A stretch of 56,553 nt of DNA from Trypethelium eluteriae (GCA_051942245.1 JAVECL010000090.1:1-56553); one strand, 5' to 3'. Positions 44,676 to 55,287 are shown, numbered from the stretch's first letter. The notes: a model not told the origin generated them from the letters alone. A program made the numbers and translations.

Positions 44676-46883
44676 ATGAGAAGAATATTTGGGGGTCATC
44701 GCAAAAATGATTCATCATCATCTCTCAATTCTATTGAGGAGCCAAATCAACTTGAGGATGCTATGCGTGCAGTCGCCAACATCATGAACGACGATGTCGA
44801 TGCAGCAGAATCTGAGCTGAATCATGGTAGCTCACCCTTCCACATGTTAGGCCATGGCGTCGTCAGTTTTCTCCGAGCAGCTCTCGGATTTGAACAAGAG
44901 ATGATGCGAGAAGCATCTGATCGGCTAGCAGACGCGGAAAATGCTGCAGCAGACCATCAGCGACGAGCACAAAAAGACGCAAAGGCCTTTCGGTCAGAAG
45001 TTTATCCTCCGGGCAGTGAGTTTGCTTTGTGCTATGCCGAGTCTCAGTTGATGAGTGCTGTGGTTGGCGTTCTCAACGAAAGCCTCACAGAAAGTCTGAA
45101 AGGCTTCTACAAGTTGCGGAAAGCATATATGACCCTGGATGCTATTATGCAAGCGGAACAGAATTTTCTCAATGGAAAGAGTACGCCAAGCCTCGCCAAT
45201 ACGTCAACCACGTCCTCGAAACCTGAAAGCCCCCAGCAAAACATGAATGCTCAGGGGGCGTATGAAGGCTTGGGATCCCGTCCTGCAACACCATCTAATC
45301 TTACTGTTCCGTCTTCTGCAAGGTCCTCGGTACCTTCGCCATTAAGCTCGACTATGAACCTAGATGAGGATGAGGATGAAGACATTGACTTTGTTGATGC
45401 AGAAGAGGACCTGGATTCCGAACATCCTTCGACAGAGTATCAGGGAAAGCTCGATATTCCTTCTTTGGATCATCATGTGAATAATCTTAGTCTCCATGAT
45501 GACGCCATCAAGACGAGCGATGTGTCAGTTGACGAAGATATGAAGTCCGCTGTTATCTCTCCTACAAACGCCGATTCGACTGCCTCCCTTGCCGATATCT
45601 ACGAGATGGGCAGTCTCGACGAATTCGTGCATTCTGGATCAAGTCTCTGCTTTGGATTGTTGCTGCTCGTGCTGTCCCTTATTCCTCCAGCATTCTCGAA
45701 ACTCCTCTACATCATTGGATTCCGAGGCGACCGCGAGAGGGGCATCGCTTTACTATGGCAAGCCACTCGCTCAACCAACATCAATGGTGCTTTCGCTGGT
45801 CTTGTCCTTCTAGGCTTTTTGAACGGTCTAGTCAGCTTTTCTGATATCATTCCGGGCGATGACGAGAAGGGGGGATACCCTCGACAGCGATGCAAGGCAC
45901 TCCTGGCCAGCATGCGAGAGCGGTACCCTGGAAGCCGATTGTGGCTGCTCGAAGAATCCCGCATGCTCTCCAGCGAGCGACAACTAGAGAAGGCCACTGC
46001 GCTCACTACAGCTGACAAGCCAAGCCCGCTCAAACAAATCGAAGCGCTGCGCTGGTTTGACCACGGCCTCAACTGCATGTATTTGCACCACTATGAAGAC
46101 TGCTCATCAAGCTTTCAGAAGTGCATCACGCTGAACAATTGGTCCCATGCTCTGTACTGCTACATCGCTGGCGCCTCGCACATTGAGCTCTACCGCAAAT
46201 ACAAGGCATCAGATCCCACTAAAGCGCAGGCGCAAGCTGAAGAGGCCGAAAAGCTGCTCAAGCAAGCACCTAAATACACGGGTAAGAAGCGCTTCATGGC
46301 CCGCCAGCTCCCCTTCGACATTTTCGTCAACCGGAAAGTCACGAAGTGGGAGCAGCGCGCACAGGAACTCAACGTTCCCTTCGTCGACGCTGTCGGCGTG
46401 AGCCCAATTGAGGAGATGATTTACTTCTGGAACGGATACAAGCGCATGCGACCTGAGCACCTCCAGCTGTCGCTCGGTGCGATCGCGTGGAGTACCGATG
46501 TGAAGCAGAATCCCGGGTGGGAAGAAGAGGCGCTGGACGAGCGGTGTATTGCGAGTCTGTTGCAGGCGGCCACCTTCAGAAACTTCGGCCGAACTGAGGA
46601 GGCCAAGAGGATATTGAGGGAGGAGGTGCTGTGTCATGAATGGGCGGCGTTTAAAGGGCATTCAAAGGATAACTGGGTGCAACCGGTAGGGTACTATGAG
46701 ATGGCGGTCTGTCTTTGGCAAGAGAGGGACGGAACAGAGGCAGATAAGGAGAGAATACAGGAGGGTTCGGCGTTGTTAGATAAGGTGGCGAATTGGGAAA
46801 CGTATGAGATGGAGGCCAGAGTGGGTATGAGGGTTACGACAGCTAAAGACACGCTGAGGAAATACGGAAATACAGGCACGTGA
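44676..46883 (+). CDS. IML2: Iml2/TTC39-family TPR-like protein (inclusion body clearance protein)
   Basis: Intronless 735 aa with IMNDDVDAA, ALGFEQEMM, YPPGSEFALC, ESLKGFYKLRKAY, IIGFRGDRERG, LNNWSHALY, KKRFMARQLPFD, EMIYFWNG. Confidence 0.9.
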   Translation: MRRIFGGHRKNDSSSSLNSIEEPNQLEDAMRAVANIMNDDVDAAESELNHGSSPFHMLGHGVVSFLRAALGFEQEMMREASDRLADAENAAADHQRRAQKDAKAFRSEVYPPGSEFALCYAESQLMSAVVGVLNESLTESLKGFYKLRKAYMTLDAIMQAEQNFLNGKSTPSLANTSTTSSKPESPQQNMNAQGAYEGLGSRPATPSNLTVPSSARSSVPSPLSSTMNLDEDEDEDIDFVDAEEDLDSEHPSTEYQGKLDIPSLDHHVNNLSLHDDAIKTSDVSVDEDMKSAVISPTNADSTASLADIYEMGSLDEFVHSGSSLCFGLLLLVLSLIPPAFSKLLYIIGFRGDRERGIALLWQATRSTNINGAFAGLVLLGFLNGLVSFSDIIPGDDEKGGYPRQRCKALLASMRERYPGSRLWLLEESRMLSSERQLEKATALTTADKPSPLKQIEALRWFDHGLNCMYLHHYEDCSSSFQKCITLNNWSHALYCYIAGASHIELYRKYKASDPTKAQAQAEEAEKLLKQAPKYTGKKRFMARQLPFDIFVNRKVTKWEQRAQELNVPFVDAVGVSPIEEMIYFWNGYKRMRPEHLQLSLGAIAWSTDVKQNPGWEEEALDERCIASLLQAATFRNFGRTEEAKRILREEVLCHEWAAFKGHSKDNWVQPVGYYEMAVCLWQERDGTEADKERIQEGSALLDKVANWETYEMEARVGMRVTTAKDTLRKYGNTGT

Positions 46884-47680
46884 TGGCATGTAAATAGATG
46901 AGGTACGATTTGATAGATAGATCTGTCGCATTTTAACGGCGTTTGAAGCTCTATGAAATTTGTAACGGTCAGCAAGATCCAGATCTCTGGGATAGTTCTT
47001 TGATGTCTGAGAGTTTCGGTACCGATTCCATGGGTTTTGATACATGGTATTGCGACCGAGACCTTGATTAGCCTTTCAGTGGGCCCTGATGCTGCGGAAC
47101 CAAGCAGTACATATCAGAAACTAGCTCCTGATGTGATGGAAGTCGAACTTTTGATTCACTGTGAAAGCGCGTGTTTGCCAAGGCCAGCACAGGACAGGGC
47201 CGTATCATCGGAAAAACCTGGGATTGGATGAGGTCATTGGGTGGATGGCCAACCACGTGCCCTCGGCAGGAGCTGGACGCGTTCTTCTGGGGATTTGGCT
47301 CCTTCTGCTTCTGCCCCTTCCCGGCCAACTTCCGGACAGCGACAGCCAGCACAGCGTTGCCCAAACACCCAGTCCTCAAACCATGGTGTGTCTTCTGCTG
47401 GAAGCTCATTGTGTATCGATTATGATCGTTCAGTCACTCCTTTGAACCACTCGTTTTTCTATGTCTATCACTTGGCGCCTGCTTCGACGTGTTTTCCACG
47501 CTCCCTAATAATCACCTCCATAAAAAAAATTCCATCTGGAAAAAAAAGGACCCACTTTCACCAGCCATACAACATCACGGTCGAAAGCGAAGAAGCGGGC
47601 GATGACTAGTCGCTCGCGAGCTTGAGCACTCTGGAAGGTATACATTCACTCCCCCAAGTTGGGCCTGGAATAGGGCACTG

Positions 47681-47743
47681 ATGGTCGAGCCAAAGCTCCA
47701 CGTCCTCGAACCCCCTCTCCCTCCGCGCCGAGAGGTTCATTAG
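47681..47743 (+). other. Possible upstream ORF (20 aa, MVEPKLHVLEPPLPPRREVH) overlapping the start of the long open frame
   Basis: Last ATG on the + strand before 48544; out of frame with the main ORF. Confidence 0.35.
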
Positions 47744-47808
47744 GTGAATCTACTGGCGAGCACGTCAGATCAGGAGGACCTGCCGCTTCTGCAGACCCTT
47801 CTCCTGCA

Positions 47809-50800
47809 TTGACATTGTGGGCAGCCTCACCGACTTCCGAGTCACCCACTGTCGACCTCCCTCCATTGCCAACTTTTCCTCGGCGCGGCAGGGTTCCGGA
47901 AACACCTTCTGGTCCGTCAAACGACCAAGATCGCTTCCATATCGCTAGTTGGGGCTCACCTTACTCGGGTCCAACACCGGAGTCAAGAACTTCGAGTGAC
48001 AGAAGACGCCGGAGATCTTTGAGTAACGATACCTTTGACGGAGATTCCCCTGGCCATCGCTTCGATCTCGGCCATCTTCTACCTTCGCGTGTGCCAGAGC
48101 TTGACTTATTCGAGCCACAACCACCCAATTCTCGAGTACCCTCCGCCGAACGCCGTCCCACCCCTAGGGCTTCAGCTGGTAAGCGCCCTGCAACGAGCCC
48201 TAGTCATAGTACTTTTCGACCAGAAGACAATCGACTACAAGAGTACTTCGAGAGTCGTTTCATTGGTGAACATCATAGTCGGTGGAGTGACATATCATTG
48301 AGTAGCGATACTGAATCTATTGATCACACCCCACAAGACAATACTCGGGATAGCCCACTATCAAAGAGAAAGGATATTCTAAGAGCATTGTTCAATAGCT
48401 CTCCAAGTCCTGAAGACGAACGCGCACGGCAAACTAGTACCGACACTTTCCGCAGACATAAACCAAAAGGAAGCAACCATACAGTCACGCAACAGGACTT
48501 TTGGGGTACCTCGACAGACTTCTTGTCGCAAGCCCGAGGCAAGATGATGGACTCTAAGTATGCCGTGCAGGCTTCAGAGCCTTCTCAGCGTCCTGAAGTC
48601 TCTCCGATAGGATCCAATTCGGGCGATGGTCGTGGCGCTAGAAAATCTGCTGCTGCGTCGAATCCGTTGTCTGAGTCAAAGCATGCGCTCGCCTCCGAGA
48701 TCGATCAACAACCAAAGGAAGAGGACAGTCCCAACCATGCGTCCGGGTACAGATTCACTGAAGTTGCCGATACTATGGAAAAGCATGCCAAGCAGTTTGA
48801 ACAACCCGAAGAGAGGCGAAATGAAGAGGCTGAGCGGGCTGCTAAAAACGAGGATCCCACTGAGTCTGCTTCGCAGGTAGAAGATGCTCCAGTCACTACC
48901 ACGGGTTCCAAGGATGATGTGAGCCCGATTCAGGACGATCAAGAAGAAAATCAGGAACGTAGCCCTGTTGACGGACACTCTCATCCTGACCTCTCTGCTG
49001 TTGATGTAGACGCGATTCAAGAGTCAACTCAAGACCGAGCATTGCAGCCGCCTAGGGTGGTTGGTGAACATAAAAACGCCCAAGAAGAGTCTTTGACTAC
49101 AGCACAAGAAGCGAGTTTACCGCAGATTGCTCCTATCGTACCTACACCCTCACCACGTCCGTCTGTGAAAGTTCCATGGGGAAAGAAGACCTTGACTATC
49201 AGACTTCCTCATGATAAATTGCGCGGTCAAGAGGGCGGGCCACCGATACCTCTTCTCCCTAGAGAAGTAGCTGCCCGGGTTGCCTATTTTGAGGAACAGG
49301 GGTTTGATACGCGCGGCTTCGTAACGGGTGAAAGTGACGAGTACGGCTTTGGAGACGGATCGAAGCAAAATCGTCCGATCTTCCCCGATTCGGAGACGGT
49401 TAGACGTGATGCACAGCAGTCTGGAAATGTTGTACGCATTCCAGATCCAAAGGAATGGCGATCCTATGTGGACTTCCTCACAGAGCAAAAGCTTCGCGCA
49501 CTTGGTGTGAGTATAGGAGATGAAGAGCCCCCTGTACCGCCTCCAGGATTGTCCCGTCAATCTTCAACGCAGCAATATCCGCCTCTCCCATTCTCGCCAC
49601 CCATGCCACCTTCTTCAGGCAGCAGTCAGCAACCACCTCAGCCGCCTCATGCGTTCTCAGCAACCTCTATACCAGAGGCATTGAGTACGACAATGTCACG
49701 TAAAGCGTCAATTGCTTCCCCACTCTCGGGCCTGACGCCAAACAACCCACGCGGCCAGCTACACAGGCAAGGATCATTCCCTTTCAGTGTTCAATCGCAG
49801 CAAGGCAATGCCTCATCTTTCTCCTCGTTTTCTCCACAGCAGCAGTTCGCTAGTCCTCTTAGCGGTCCCCGAACAGGATCTCCGGCCATACAGCATCCCT
49901 TTGCTAACAGAGCTACAAACATCGGCTCACCTGGACCTTCTTCCCTCGACATGCAGCAACTAGTGAGATACCCTCCAGCTATACAGGCGGAGCTGATAGC
50001 CCAAATGCAGCGACAGCAACAGCAGCAATTGCACGCTAAGCTACAGCAGCAACAGCAACTCGCGCTTAACACCAAGCTACCTGACTTTGCTGATGATGAT
50101 TTGGAAGAGGAATCTCTTTCTGCGCATCCGCCCCTCCATACTAGGGCAGTTGACCGTGACCGGCAGGAGATCGCTGTACCTAGGCCGCGCAGTCATCGCC
50201 ACAATCTCAGTGCCGCTTTGGAGAAAGACATTCCGAACGCTGAATACCACCTAGGGAAGCAGAATGAACGTCAAATGGAGACCGAATCTGGGTTCCAGGC
50301 AAATGATCCATTTATCAACCCACGGACACAAAGACCCTTGGTTTCAAGAAACCCATCAGAGACAAGGTGGAACGATGCGGTTCAGTCAATACAGGTGCTT
50401 AATAAGCATCGTCAGACTCGATGGGAGCCAGATAACGCCGAGCGTCCAATGATGAATGCTGAAACTCCAATGAGTGCAAGTACTCTAGGTCACGAAATGA
50501 GTGATGAGTTGAAAACAAACCCCTCAGAGGTTGACACGAATCCTGATTTGGACCGTCAACAAATTTCTAGAGCCAATGCAAGCAAGCAAGAGGCCAGTTC
50601 AGTGGTAGTTAGCAGTGTAAATGGCGCTGGTGACGGAGTGCAGGGAGATCAGGCCCCGCAGGTAGTGACCAAACACCGCGTGAAGCCGTCACTATCTGGA
50701 CTCAATGTCGAAGCGAAAGAGTTCAGGTTCAATCCAAGCGCGTCCTTTCAACCTGGCAATTTCTCATTTTCTGGCGCAAACTTCCAGCCGCCGCCTACTG

Positions 50801-53800
50801 CGAAGCCGCCGCAGCCAAATTACAGCAGGCCCTTCCCTCAATCTCAACCTGAAAAGAGCTCCTTCAACATTTCGGCCCCGGCTTTTAATCCGAAAGGATC
50901 CTTCGGAAGCGGTCCGTCGATTCAGAGCTTCAACTTCAGCGCACCAAGCTTCAAACCGGGTGCTCCCGAATTCAAGCCTTCTGCTCCTATCGAAGAGCCA
51001 ACAACATCTGGTGGAGAACAGCCTGTTGCGGACCGGATTTTTACCACCTTATCTACAGCTTCGTCCGAGGATGTTGTCAAGCAGCCGAAGAAGAACAAGG
51101 CCGTTCAAATTGTCAACCCCAATCTACTGCCAAAACCTGCTACAGTCCGGGAGACGATGGCAGAAGATGAGTCCGGCCGCCTCGCGCGGGAAGACGATCG
51201 TCAAAAGAGAGCTCGAAAATACGATGACGATGGGGACGAAGTGCCGCAATTTGCATTTCCCACACATGTTGAAGCAGACTTGGATGCTGCGACGATACAC
51301 CCAGCACCAATTGTTCCCAGCAATGACCTCGTCGATAAATTTGAAGAAGTCTCCCTTGGCGCCCACCGCATCCGGACGCCACCAGCAGCGGCTGCTCTTC
51401 ATGACACGCCTACGCCTGTCCCTTCAAATGCCCCTACAATCGATGAGCTACGACGGAGGGCACTGGATTCAATACCGAAGCAAGAAGAGCAAGCCAATGT
51501 AGCCATTCAGCCGACTACAACAGATGATCCTCGCCAGATGTCGCCAGCGCAAGCCGCTCTGCATGCTGTCCTTGGTGGCAAGAGACACGGACACAAGAGT
51601 TCGCTCTCCGCTACTGCAAAGCCGTTCGAATTCAAGCCCTTAAGCAGCGATACCGATTTTCCAAGCTTCAGTGGCAGGACCAGTGAGATCATTGACAGTC
51701 AAAATGACAGCTCGCAAATCCTATCGAGCCCGACTCAGCCCTTGGACAGCAGCATTGCTACAACATTCCGCCCAAGCGACTCTTTCTTTGACCAAACCGC
51801 TTCTGATCCTAGCAAGCGGCAGCAACCAGGCCTTGCGCCTTACCCTACGTCCGACAATGGCGTTAGTTACGATGACTTTGAGCAGCCCTCTCTGGCTGAG
51901 ATTGACAACGTCATGAGGCAATTGAACGAGAATGACGATCTTGGTGTCGAAAAAGAAGAGCCACCATCATGGGAACCTCCGAGTCCTCCGTTCCAGGCCG
52001 ATCAACCGCTGCTTCAGCCATGGAAAAACATGCGTAGCGATGCACCCAGTCCGAGTCCCAACCGTCCCCGTCCAACCGTTGAGACTGAAAACCTGGAGGA
52101 TGAGACTGCAAGTCACGATCCGTTCAGCGATAGTCATGCGGCCGTCGTGGATCAATCTCCTGTCCGTCGTCTCAACAACGAGAGGGACGTTCCAATCAGT
52201 GACTGGGACGATGCCTTTTCATCGAGCGATGAGCAGAAACTGAAGGCACAAGTGCAATCGCGCAGCATCTTCTTTGAGCCTCACGTAGAGAAGGTGGTCG
52301 CTAAGGCGTTTCAAACCAAGATGGATCCTATGATGACCGCATTGCTGCAGTTGCAGGATTCTATGGCGACACTGACAGCGAAGAACACTGTCGAGCGACG
52401 GAGCATGTCCGCTAGTGTAGGAGCCGAGAGCGATGCAGACGACGAAGATGATGATGAGGTACAGAGACCACCTCGCTCGCGTTCAAGAGCGAAAGCTTTC
52501 CCAACTCCAGAACTCCTCAATCCAGACAAGATTAAGTCGGTCATGCTTGAGGCTCTTCAAACATACAATACTCCCCCGACCCCACCAGCGCCTGGCGTTA
52601 GTGAGTTCCATGAAGCACTAGTTAGCTTGAAGTCAGCGGTCGCCAGATCTGATGCTGAGAAGATGCAACTTGAGGACATCAGAGCTGTTATGGAAGAGAC
52701 ACTTCATAGGCGGGATTCTGCGTTGGTACCTCATGCTCGCGCGCAGATGCCATATCCTGAGGATGATGGTCAGGTCATGCAACTTGACAAAATGCTACAA
52801 GATGCGACTGTACGTGCTGCCGAGGCTGTCAATCATCGCAATGAGATTGAAGACCGCGCTGCTGAAACGAGGAAACTTCTCCGGCTCGCGGAAGAAGAGC
52901 TCAGTCTCTATAAAGAACTGGATAGTGACAAAGAACACTCGCTTCGGTCAGTCCGTGATGAGCTATCAGATCTCAAGGAGCATCTTCATGACGTCCAAGA
53001 GCACCGCATTGCTGCGGAGAAGGAGCATCAGAGCTTGACTGCCAAAATATCGTCTCTGGAGGAAGAGCACACAGCGATGGAGTCCACGCTTGAAGAGTAT
53101 CGCGAATCAAAGCGGGTATGGCGACAAGAGATTGATGATCTTATGAAGGAACGTGAGGCGCTCAAGTCGGATGTGGCCATACTGACGAGCCAAGTCAAGG
53201 AAGGGGTGGAGAAAAGGGATGATATGCGCGATAGACTTATCAGACTTCAAGAGGACATGGCGAGATCGGCTGGGCAGATGGCAAGTGCAAAGGCACATTG
53301 GCACCAGCAGGATCTTGCGCACCAAACTCGAGCTGAGTTGCTTAGCGTTCGGATTGGCGACGAAGCAAGAACTCGTGAGCGGCTAGAGAAGGAGATTGAA
53401 CGTCTCGAGACGCAGGAGAAGGAGCACATGAAGTTGAGAGTGCTAGTGGACCACACTCAGCAGGAGAACACGAGACTCGAAGACATGGTCACGACCGTTA
53501 AGAAGGAGCTCTTCGAGCAACAGCAGCTTGCGGCTCGATTTGAGCGTGAATTCAATGATGCACGTGAGACGGCTCGAGTAGAGGTCCAACGCACGAGGAC
53601 ATCAATGGAAGCGGACATCGAAGCTGCCCACCAACAGGCCGACCTTGTCAGGGCCGATCTCGAGGCAGATTTTACGAGCATGCGCAATAGGTGGGAGGGC
53701 GAAAATTCGAAGTTACGGACAGAGCTTGATAATATTAAGATGGACGCCGATACGGCAAAGGAGAAGCACGCCCTCCTGCTTGAAGAGGCAGCAGATGCCA

Positions 53801-55287
53801 AGCGTGATGCACTACAGGGGGCTCACGACTCACGATTGAATGCTATCAACGAATTGCAACAATCTCACGAACGTCGCATTGCGGAACTTCAAGCCAATCA
53901 CAGCCGCGTCATTGGCAACGCCAATGAAGACAAGGAGCGTTCTGAGAAGCTACTAAACGAGCGGCTTGGTCTTGCAGATGCTAAGCTGGAGCACTATCAA
54001 GATAAAATAGTGCATCTCGAACAGAAGCTCGAAGTTGCCCAATCCGCTGCTCAAGCTGCCGTAAAGGCTGCCCAGTCCGCGAAGGCTGCTCCGCAGATCG
54101 CTCACGCTGCTGTCACGGCTGCACCAGCCGCAGCGGTCCCGACATCAACAGCCCCGGTCCCCGAAAAGGTCTCCCCACAAGCCCTTCGCGAGTCTATCAT
54201 GGTTTTGCAGGAGCAGCTTCAGGAACGAGAGTCCCGTATTGAGCACCTCGAATCCGAGCTCAAAGCTACTGATACCGATGCCCCGACAAAACTGAAAGAA
54301 CGTGAAACCGAGATCTCCTGGCTTCGAGAGCTCCTCGGCGTGCGCGTCGACGACCTCAGCGATCTCATCAACACCCTCAGCCAACCCGCCTACGATCCAG
54401 ACACCGCCCGTGACGCCGCCATTCGCATCCGCACCAACCTCAAAATGGAGCAGCAAGAGAAAGAACGCCTCATCGCCGCCAACATCGCCCCGGGCCAACC
54501 CCTCCCCGTCACCCTCACCGGCCAGCAAGCCCTCGCCTCCATCTCCAACTTCGCCTCCCCAAAAGCCGCCCAGCTCGCCGCCGCCTTCGGTAACTGGCGC
54601 AAAGGCAACGGCAACAACACCAACCCCTCGCAGCTATCAACCAGCCGTCCAGGCACGAGCAACAGCAACAGCAGCACTCCGCTCCCAGCTACAGCTGCCG
54701 CCCGCCGCTCCTCCGCCACACCTCTCCGCCGCCCGGGCTCCAATGCCAGCACCGGCAACGCCCAGCCTGGCTGGATGTCTGGCCTCATGACGCCGCCGAC
54801 GTCGAACCTGCGGAAGACGCCGACGCCGACGCCGAGCGTCAGGACGTCGCCGGAGAAGCCGCGCACGCCGCAAAGGCAGATGGCGGGTGCGCTGGGGGGC
54901 GCGAGGAGGTCGACGTCTTCATTGTCACGGTCTCCGCAGACGGGTCGGCGGCAGCAACACCAGCAGCTTACGGCGCGGCAGTTGGGGAAGCAAAGGGTTT
55001 ATGCTGATCTTGATGGTGATGTTGAGGCTGGTGAGGACGATGGGTATGATGGGGTTGGGGGGGAGATGGCGGGGTTGCGTCATCCGGTCACGCCGCCGTT
55101 GATGCGGAAGGCGAGCTATGATAATGATGCTGAAGATGGGGAGTACAGTACTGCGGGGTTCGAAGGGTTCGACGATGATGAGGAAGGGGAGGGGGAGCAT
55201 GTCGACGGGGTTGCAGAAATGGGAGAGCGGATTAGCCCGGAGCCGCCGCGGCTGAAGCTCGATTTTGGGGCGCCGATTGGTGATTGA
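47809..55287 (+). CDS. Giant disordered/coiled-coil protein (fungal 'myosin heavy chain-like' type, no motor domain) with multiple PAM2-like motifs; start uncertain
   Basis: Frame open from 47674 to TGA at 55287. First in-frame ATG is 48544; the track start 47809 is TTG. P/S/Q-rich N-terminal half with a poly-Q tract (~50005-50060), PAM2-like motifs at 50701-51639, heptad-rich region ~52780-54480, EISWLRELL motif. No GESGAGKT P-loop. Confidence 0.85.
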   Translation: MTLWAASPTSESPTVDLPPLPTFPRRGRVPETPSGPSNDQDRFHIASWGSPYSGPTPESRTSSDRRRRRSLSNDTFDGDSPGHRFDLGHLLPSRVPELDLFEPQPPNSRVPSAERRPTPRASAGKRPATSPSHSTFRPEDNRLQEYFESRFIGEHHSRWSDISLSSDTESIDHTPQDNTRDSPLSKRKDILRALFNSSPSPEDERARQTSTDTFRRHKPKGSNHTVTQQDFWGTSTDFLSQARGKMMDSKYAVQASEPSQRPEVSPIGSNSGDGRGARKSAAASNPLSESKHALASEIDQQPKEEDSPNHASGYRFTEVADTMEKHAKQFEQPEERRNEEAERAAKNEDPTESASQVEDAPVTTTGSKDDVSPIQDDQEENQERSPVDGHSHPDLSAVDVDAIQESTQDRALQPPRVVGEHKNAQEESLTTAQEASLPQIAPIVPTPSPRPSVKVPWGKKTLTIRLPHDKLRGQEGGPPIPLLPREVAARVAYFEEQGFDTRGFVTGESDEYGFGDGSKQNRPIFPDSETVRRDAQQSGNVVRIPDPKEWRSYVDFLTEQKLRALGVSIGDEEPPVPPPGLSRQSSTQQYPPLPFSPPMPPSSGSSQQPPQPPHAFSATSIPEALSTTMSRKASIASPLSGLTPNNPRGQLHRQGSFPFSVQSQQGNASSFSSFSPQQQFASPLSGPRTGSPAIQHPFANRATNIGSPGPSSLDMQQLVRYPPAIQAELIAQMQRQQQQQLHAKLQQQQQLALNTKLPDFADDDLEEESLSAHPPLHTRAVDRDRQEIAVPRPRSHRHNLSAALEKDIPNAEYHLGKQNERQMETESGFQANDPFINPRTQRPLVSRNPSETRWNDAVQSIQVLNKHRQTRWEPDNAERPMMNAETPMSASTLGHEMSDELKTNPSEVDTNPDLDRQQISRANASKQEASSVVVSSVNGAGDGVQGDQAPQVVTKHRVKPSLSGLNVEAKEFRFNPSASFQPGNFSFSGANFQPPPTAKPPQPNYSRPFPQSQPEKSSFNISAPAFNPKGSFGSGPSIQSFNFSAPSFKPGAPEFKPSAPIEEPTTSGGEQPVADRIFTTLSTASSEDVVKQPKKNKAVQIVNPNLLPKPATVRETMAEDESGRLAREDDRQKRARKYDDDGDEVPQFAFPTHVEADLDAATIHPAPIVPSNDLVDKFEEVSLGAHRIRTPPAAAALHDTPTPVPSNAPTIDELRRRALDSIPKQEEQANVAIQPTTTDDPRQMSPAQAALHAVLGGKRHGHKSSLSATAKPFEFKPLSSDTDFPSFSGRTSEIIDSQNDSSQILSSPTQPLDSSIATTFRPSDSFFDQTASDPSKRQQPGLAPYPTSDNGVSYDDFEQPSLAEIDNVMRQLNENDDLGVEKEEPPSWEPPSPPFQADQPLLQPWKNMRSDAPSPSPNRPRPTVETENLEDETASHDPFSDSHAAVVDQSPVRRLNNERDVPISDWDDAFSSSDEQKLKAQVQSRSIFFEPHVEKVVAKAFQTKMDPMMTALLQLQDSMATLTAKNTVERRSMSASVGAESDADDEDDDEVQRPPRSRSRAKAFPTPELLNPDKIKSVMLEALQTYNTPPTPPAPGVSEFHEALVSLKSAVARSDAEKMQLEDIRAVMEETLHRRDSALVPHARAQMPYPEDDGQVMQLDKMLQDATVRAAEAVNHRNEIEDRAAETRKLLRLAEEELSLYKELDSDKEHSLRSVRDELSDLKEHLHDVQEHRIAAEKEHQSLTAKISSLEEEHTAMESTLEEYRESKRVWRQEIDDLMKEREALKSDVAILTSQVKEGVEKRDDMRDRLIRLQEDMARSAGQMASAKAHWHQQDLAHQTRAELLSVRIGDEARTRERLEKEIERLETQEKEHMKLRVLVDHTQQENTRLEDMVTTVKKELFEQQQLAARFEREFNDARETARVEVQRTRTSMEADIEAAHQQADLVRADLEADFTSMRNRWEGENSKLRTELDNIKMDADTAKEKHALLLEEAADAKRDALQGAHDSRLNAINELQQSHERRIAELQANHSRVIGNANEDKERSEKLLNERLGLADAKLEHYQDKIVHLEQKLEVAQSAAQAAVKAAQSAKAAPQIAHAAVTAAPAAAVPTSTAPVPEKVSPQALRESIMVLQEQLQERESRIEHLESELKATDTDAPTKLKERETEISWLRELLGVRVDDLSDLINTLSQPAYDPDTARDAAIRIRTNLKMEQQEKERLIAANIAPGQPLPVTLTGQQALASISNFASPKAAQLAAAFGNWRKGNGNNTNPSQLSTSRPGTSNSNSSTPLPATAAARRSSATPLRRPGSNASTGNAQPGWMSGLMTPPTSNLRKTPTPTPSVRTSPEKPRTPQRQMAGALGGARRSTSSLSRSPQTGRRQQHQQLTARQLGKQRVYADLDGDVEAGEDDGYDGVGGEMAGLRHPVTPPLMRKASYDNDAEDGEYSTAGFEGFDDDEEGEGEHVDGVAEMGERISPEPPRLKLDFGAPIGD

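Noticed and set aside
47068..47445. ORFs on both strands between IML2 and the giant gene; also considered as an ncRNA
   Set aside because: No protein motif, and no snoRNA, RNase P/MRP or tRNA signature identified
47809..55287. Calling the giant protein a true myosin II heavy chain
   Set aside because: No motor domain, P-loop or IQ motifs; only coiled-coil resemblance
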